Origin: Oikopleura dioica
Taxonomy: Eukaryota > Animalia > Chordata
DNA: 64,000 bases
NCBI GenBank assembly: GCA_907165135.1
Contig: OU015569.1
Location: 2,480,001 to 2,544,000, forward strand
Direction of reading: 5' to 3'
The position numbers and the translations under genes were made by a program. Shown in pieces: positions 59,994 to 64,000 of the stretch (position 1 is its first letter; every line of letters starts with the position of its first letter). Under the pieces are notes generated by a model. That model was not told the origin of the DNA. It ran no database searches and worked only from the letters and a program-made list of their open reading frames with translations.

Positions 59994-62900
59994 CTAGGAA
60001 TCGTTCATGTAGCGGTAGTAATCGTTGTCCACTTCGTTGAGAAGCGAGTAAATAGAACTGAGACCAGATTCGACTGAAGGCGAGCGATGTCCACCCATGC
60101 CGTCTTCAGGCGGAATCGTCGAAAACTGCTCTTCGTCTTCTTCTGCTTCGTAAAACTCGTGGCGGGACAGTTCCAGCTCGTCATCGTCCTGATACGGAGC
60201 GGGAACGTCTTCCGTATTCATGAATTCTGACACGGAGACTTTCGTCATCTCGAGAATTTGCGCTACAGATCGGACCTTCGGCGCGGCAGTCATTCCAATT
60301 AGCTAAATCCGAAATTTCAATCAAGATAGATAGATGAAAATACCAGGGTGGCACAATTGGATTGGAATCCAATTTGGAACCTTGTCCAATTGGAATTGGA
60401 TTGGAAATTGGTTGGACAGGGGCATGAAATTTCGGGTCTTTCCAATTGGAAAATCAGATCCAATTGGAAAATTGGAATCCAATTGGACGATTGGATTTTT
60501 ACTCTCTGGGGCCCCAAAAAACTGCCAAAAACGGGGTATTTCGGGAGAAAGAAATATTTTTAGGGTTTCAACAGTCTAGGAACACTGATCATTGATCAAA
60601 AATCAGGGAAATAGAGTTAAGTTCCGTTAAAAATATGACTTTCACTTCTAATATATCGCCTTGACTTTAGCGGGAAGAGCTTTGGATCCTATTTTATCCG
60701 CTTGTTTTCCTTGTGAAGCGGATTTTTCAGTCGGAAAGGGGATGCAGATGGGGAATAGGATGTCCAATTGGTCAAAAAAGGTTTCAATTTGATCGCAATT
60801 CCAATTGGAAACCTATTTTCCAATTGGAAAGTAAATTTCCAATTGGAATTGGAATTGGATTGGAAATTGGTTGGATTGGACAAAAAGCGATTGGATTGGA
60901 TTGGCAATTGGTTGGATTGACCAAGAATTTTTTTCCAATTGTGCCACCCTGAAAATACCTCTTTTGAAGTTTTTGGCGCAGCAGGAGCTACAGTAGGCTT
61001 TGACGGACTTCGTTTCATCGTGCTCGAGTACAAACCGGTTCCGCGAGCCATTTCCATCCTGGTGCGTTCTCTCCACTTGGGCTCGTTTGCCGGATTCGTT
61101 GCATTGCCCGGACGTCGATACGGATCGATAGTAATCTGCGTCTTCGAAGAGGAGGGACGCGACGATGGAGGTCCCCGTGTTGAATTTCGGTACACTCGGT
61201 CGGCAGAAGACGATCTAGAGGAGGAGCCTTTCGGTGGGGACTTCTTTGGGCTCTTTTTCGCCGTGCTATTTGACGCTGATTTGACTGGTGGACTTTTTTC
61301 AGGCGATAAGACTTCTTTTGCCATGTGAAGAGCTTCATTTTCCCGGAGGTAGCTAATAATTTAGTAGAAAAAAAAAGAATTAAAGTGCCTGCGTACTTGT
61401 TTTCAGTCAGTATCTGATCTTTTCTTCTTTCTGAAGAAGCAGTAACTCCTCTACTTCTCTGCGATAGTCGCCCCGATCGAGCAGACTTCGTCTCCATTTC
61501 TGTTTCAAACTTCGGTCTCGAAGGTGACATTGGCTCGATGTCCTAATAAAAAACGGTAACAATAGATCGAGTACAGTATTTACAGCTCTCACTCACTTTT
61601 TGTAAACTATTCAGCTCGCTGAGATCAATGCCCAAATCGGGCGTCTGCCGCAGCGCCTCAAGTTCAGCAGTAACTTGCTCAGCTAGGCCCTCGATGCTTT
61701 GATCGGACGATTTGCTGTACGTCTTACTGTCGGTTTTGATCGATTCGTGGAACGAGATGGATTTCTTGAGCGTTTCTTTGCCGGAGTCATTGCTCTTCAG
61801 CGACGACTTTGAGGCAGAACGAAGCACGGGAACTGGCTCTGGCGAAGCATGCTAAGATCAAATAGCTTTTGAAAACTATGATTAGTCTTTTACCTTTTGA
61901 TTTTCAGCGGGAATAGGAGCTGGAATCGATTCACGAGCTTGTTTCTTGATCTGCTCAATGTGCATCTGTTGAACTTCTCGCTGTGCTTGCTCAAATTGGC
62001 GGCGAATTTCTGCGCCAATTTGCTCAAAATCAGCTTTGAACTCTTCTCTGTTAAAGGGTTTTTCATCTTGATGCTGAAGGACTGACTTTTGTGGAACTCG
62101 CTTGTGGTGAGGTGATTTGGGCTCTGATTGGACTAGAACGGAGGGCTTCGTCTTTTCCTGCTTTTCGGGGAGGGTTTTTGGCTTGTTCACGTGTCCCATG
62201 TTCTGACCGTCGAGTAAAACGCACTTTCTCACTCGCTACAAATAATTTATTTGTGAAAAACGGGAAAAACTCACTGTTTGATCTTCCTTCTGCGCCAAAT
62301 ATCTAGCAACAGAATTATACTCGACGAGTCTCAGATTTCGTCCACCTTCTTTAGCTTTTTCTTTCTCTTCCCCAACTCCTGGTAACTGGATAAAGGTAAA
62401 CTCCTTCGTAGCCTTCCTAGGCTTTGGCTCTTGAACTACTGTTTTTTGTCGCAGTGGTGGAACACGAACTGGCTCTGACTGAGAACGAGTGAATTTCGGG
62501 TTTGCATTTTCTTTGCCATTCGATCTTGGAGTCGCGGAGCTACTTCCAGGCAGCTCTAAAAGTGGAAGGCCGTTGCAACGGTTGAGTTCCCGGTTGAACT
62601 TTTCGCTTTCGGAGCGTGGTGAAATTTGCCGTAGCGTTGCACTAAAAGAACCACTGATTATTTCACTGTGATTATTTTTTTTTAAATTAGGACCTTTGAG
62701 AACGGCGATACATAGAGTTGCGGACAGGAATTCTAGTAACTTCCGATTCTTCAGCGATTTTTTCTTCCATCGAGTCTTTTTTCTGCATGTTTCCAGCCAT
62801 AATTCCCATCATTTGAGTCATCAAGCTCATTTGTTGGATCATCAGCTGTTCTGAAGTCACTTTCTGACTGCCAGATCTATTTTCTTGAACTAAATTTCCA

Positions 62901-64000
62901 TCAAGCATTATGTTTTCTTCTGGTTCGGCTGGAGAAGCTTCTTCGAGTGTTGGAGAAGTTGGCTTCTTCTCTTTGATAAATGGTGTTTGTGCAAGCGTTG
63001 TTTCCGCTCTGTTTACTGAGTAACTGGTTTTGCAAACTTTAAAGACTCATTTTTTCACCGAAAATAACCAAATTTTGATATACGAACGAAAAAAATATGC
63101 AGACAAGCCAATAGTTACGTTTGGCAAATTATTGGCTTTTTGAGATAGTTTTCAATTTTTATTTAAATTGAGCTTTTGAAACCAAAACTAAGACTTCTGG
63201 AACTGTTTCATCTGGTTCTGGGGCAACGTCGCGAGGCGAGTCAGTAAAGACTGCTTTGGGAAGATCCTCTGCTGGAGGAGAAGCCATTCTTGTCACCATC
63301 TCCATCTTCGAGGCGTCCAATGACTCGTTGACAGTGTTGTTGATTCTGTCAATCATGCCTAGAATTCTTTTCGTAGTTCGCTTGTCGTGGATAAGCGTTG
63401 CAAGGGTCAGATGAAAGCGATTGATTGAAATGGACTCGAGCGGCTGGTGCGGATTGGAGGCGGTCTTTTGATCCATAAAGACCCAGTTGAGAAGAGCAGC
63501 GATGTTCGTATCGAGAACTTGACGGCCTCCAGCTGATCGAGAGAGCGTATAAAGTTCGGATTCTGATAACTCGTCGAGGAGATCGATGATTCGTGGCTCG
63601 TAAGTCTCAAGAGCTTCTTCCGGGGTATCCTCTAGTTTCGAACGGAAGCCGGGAAGATCAGACATTCGGCGGCTAATGAAAGTTCGCAGACTCCCTGAAT
63701 CTCTCTCCCCGAGGCTGAGGCTTTTGACCTTACGAAGAGCCTTGTTTGAAGAAGTTTGGTGGAGACCAGTTCGATTGAGATGCTCTGTCGAGCTTGCTTT
63801 CGTTTTCAAGGAAAACAAAATCGAGTCGGACCGCTGTCCGAGATTGGAAGTAGAACTTGAACGTTTATGAGGACTCTTGGTTGGAGAAGCTGTTGTAGAA
63901 AGGTTAAGTGCGTTCGTGAGCTTTTCTTTGATTCTGTTTTTCTCGCCTTCGTGCTCTTGCTGCCGAGAAACGGCAGATCCAGCTGACACCATTGGGAGAT
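59994..64000 (-). CDS. Uncharacterised large Ser/Pro/Lys-rich protein with a helical segment (5' end outside the window)
   Basis: Chain of ORFs 63159-63992, 62687-62908, 61882-62232, 61543-61827, 60959-61324 and 59994-60302 bounded by GT-AG sites; no family recognised. Confidence 0.7.
60345..60950. mobile_element. Non-autonomous TIR DNA transposon (family B) with CCAATTGG-rich subterminal repeats
   Basis: TIR AGGGTGGCACAATTGG..CCAATTGTGCCACCCT; direct repeat GAAAATACC at 60336-60344 and 60951-60959 (can also be parsed as CAGGG.. termini with a 7-bp TSD). Confidence 0.9.

Noticed and set aside
60181-61076. ORFs rich in W, N, I, Q and G around 60.3-61.0 kb
   Set aside because: Translations of the CCAATTGG subterminal repeats of the inserted transposon.

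Overview
Compact animal genomic DNA. Many introns are 40-60 nt and several have GA-AG, GG-AG or GC-AG ends, which points to a larvacean tunicate such as Oikopleura dioica (species is my inference). The ORF track fragments most genes, so the models below were spliced by hand and the coordinates are approximate. Plus strand: a Golgi HS2ST/UST-family sulfotransferase; a secreted double C-type-lectin protein with a CBM2-like domain; and a ~37 kb spectraplakin locus (CH1-CH2, plakin/SH3, rod, plectin repeats with their own stop codon, then spectrin repeats, EF-hands, GAR domain and an SxIP/GSR tail). That locus appears to have two alternative lipidated (MGxCxS-type) first exons, and it hosts an antisense FoxH-like gene and an initiator tRNA-Met in its introns. 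Minus strand: a small candidate amidated-peptide prohormone missed by the ORF track, then a co-directional run of an orphan gene, TRAP1, hnRNP U/UL1, a CD164-like mucin and an Asef/collybistin-type RhoGEF. About 15 full or partial copies of one foldback MITE (6-bp TSD, AP-1 sites in its TIRs) lie in the first 40 kb. A second non-autonomous DNA transposon has inserted at, and duplicated, a splice donor near 60.9 kb. No rRNA, CRISPR or prokaryotic features were seen.
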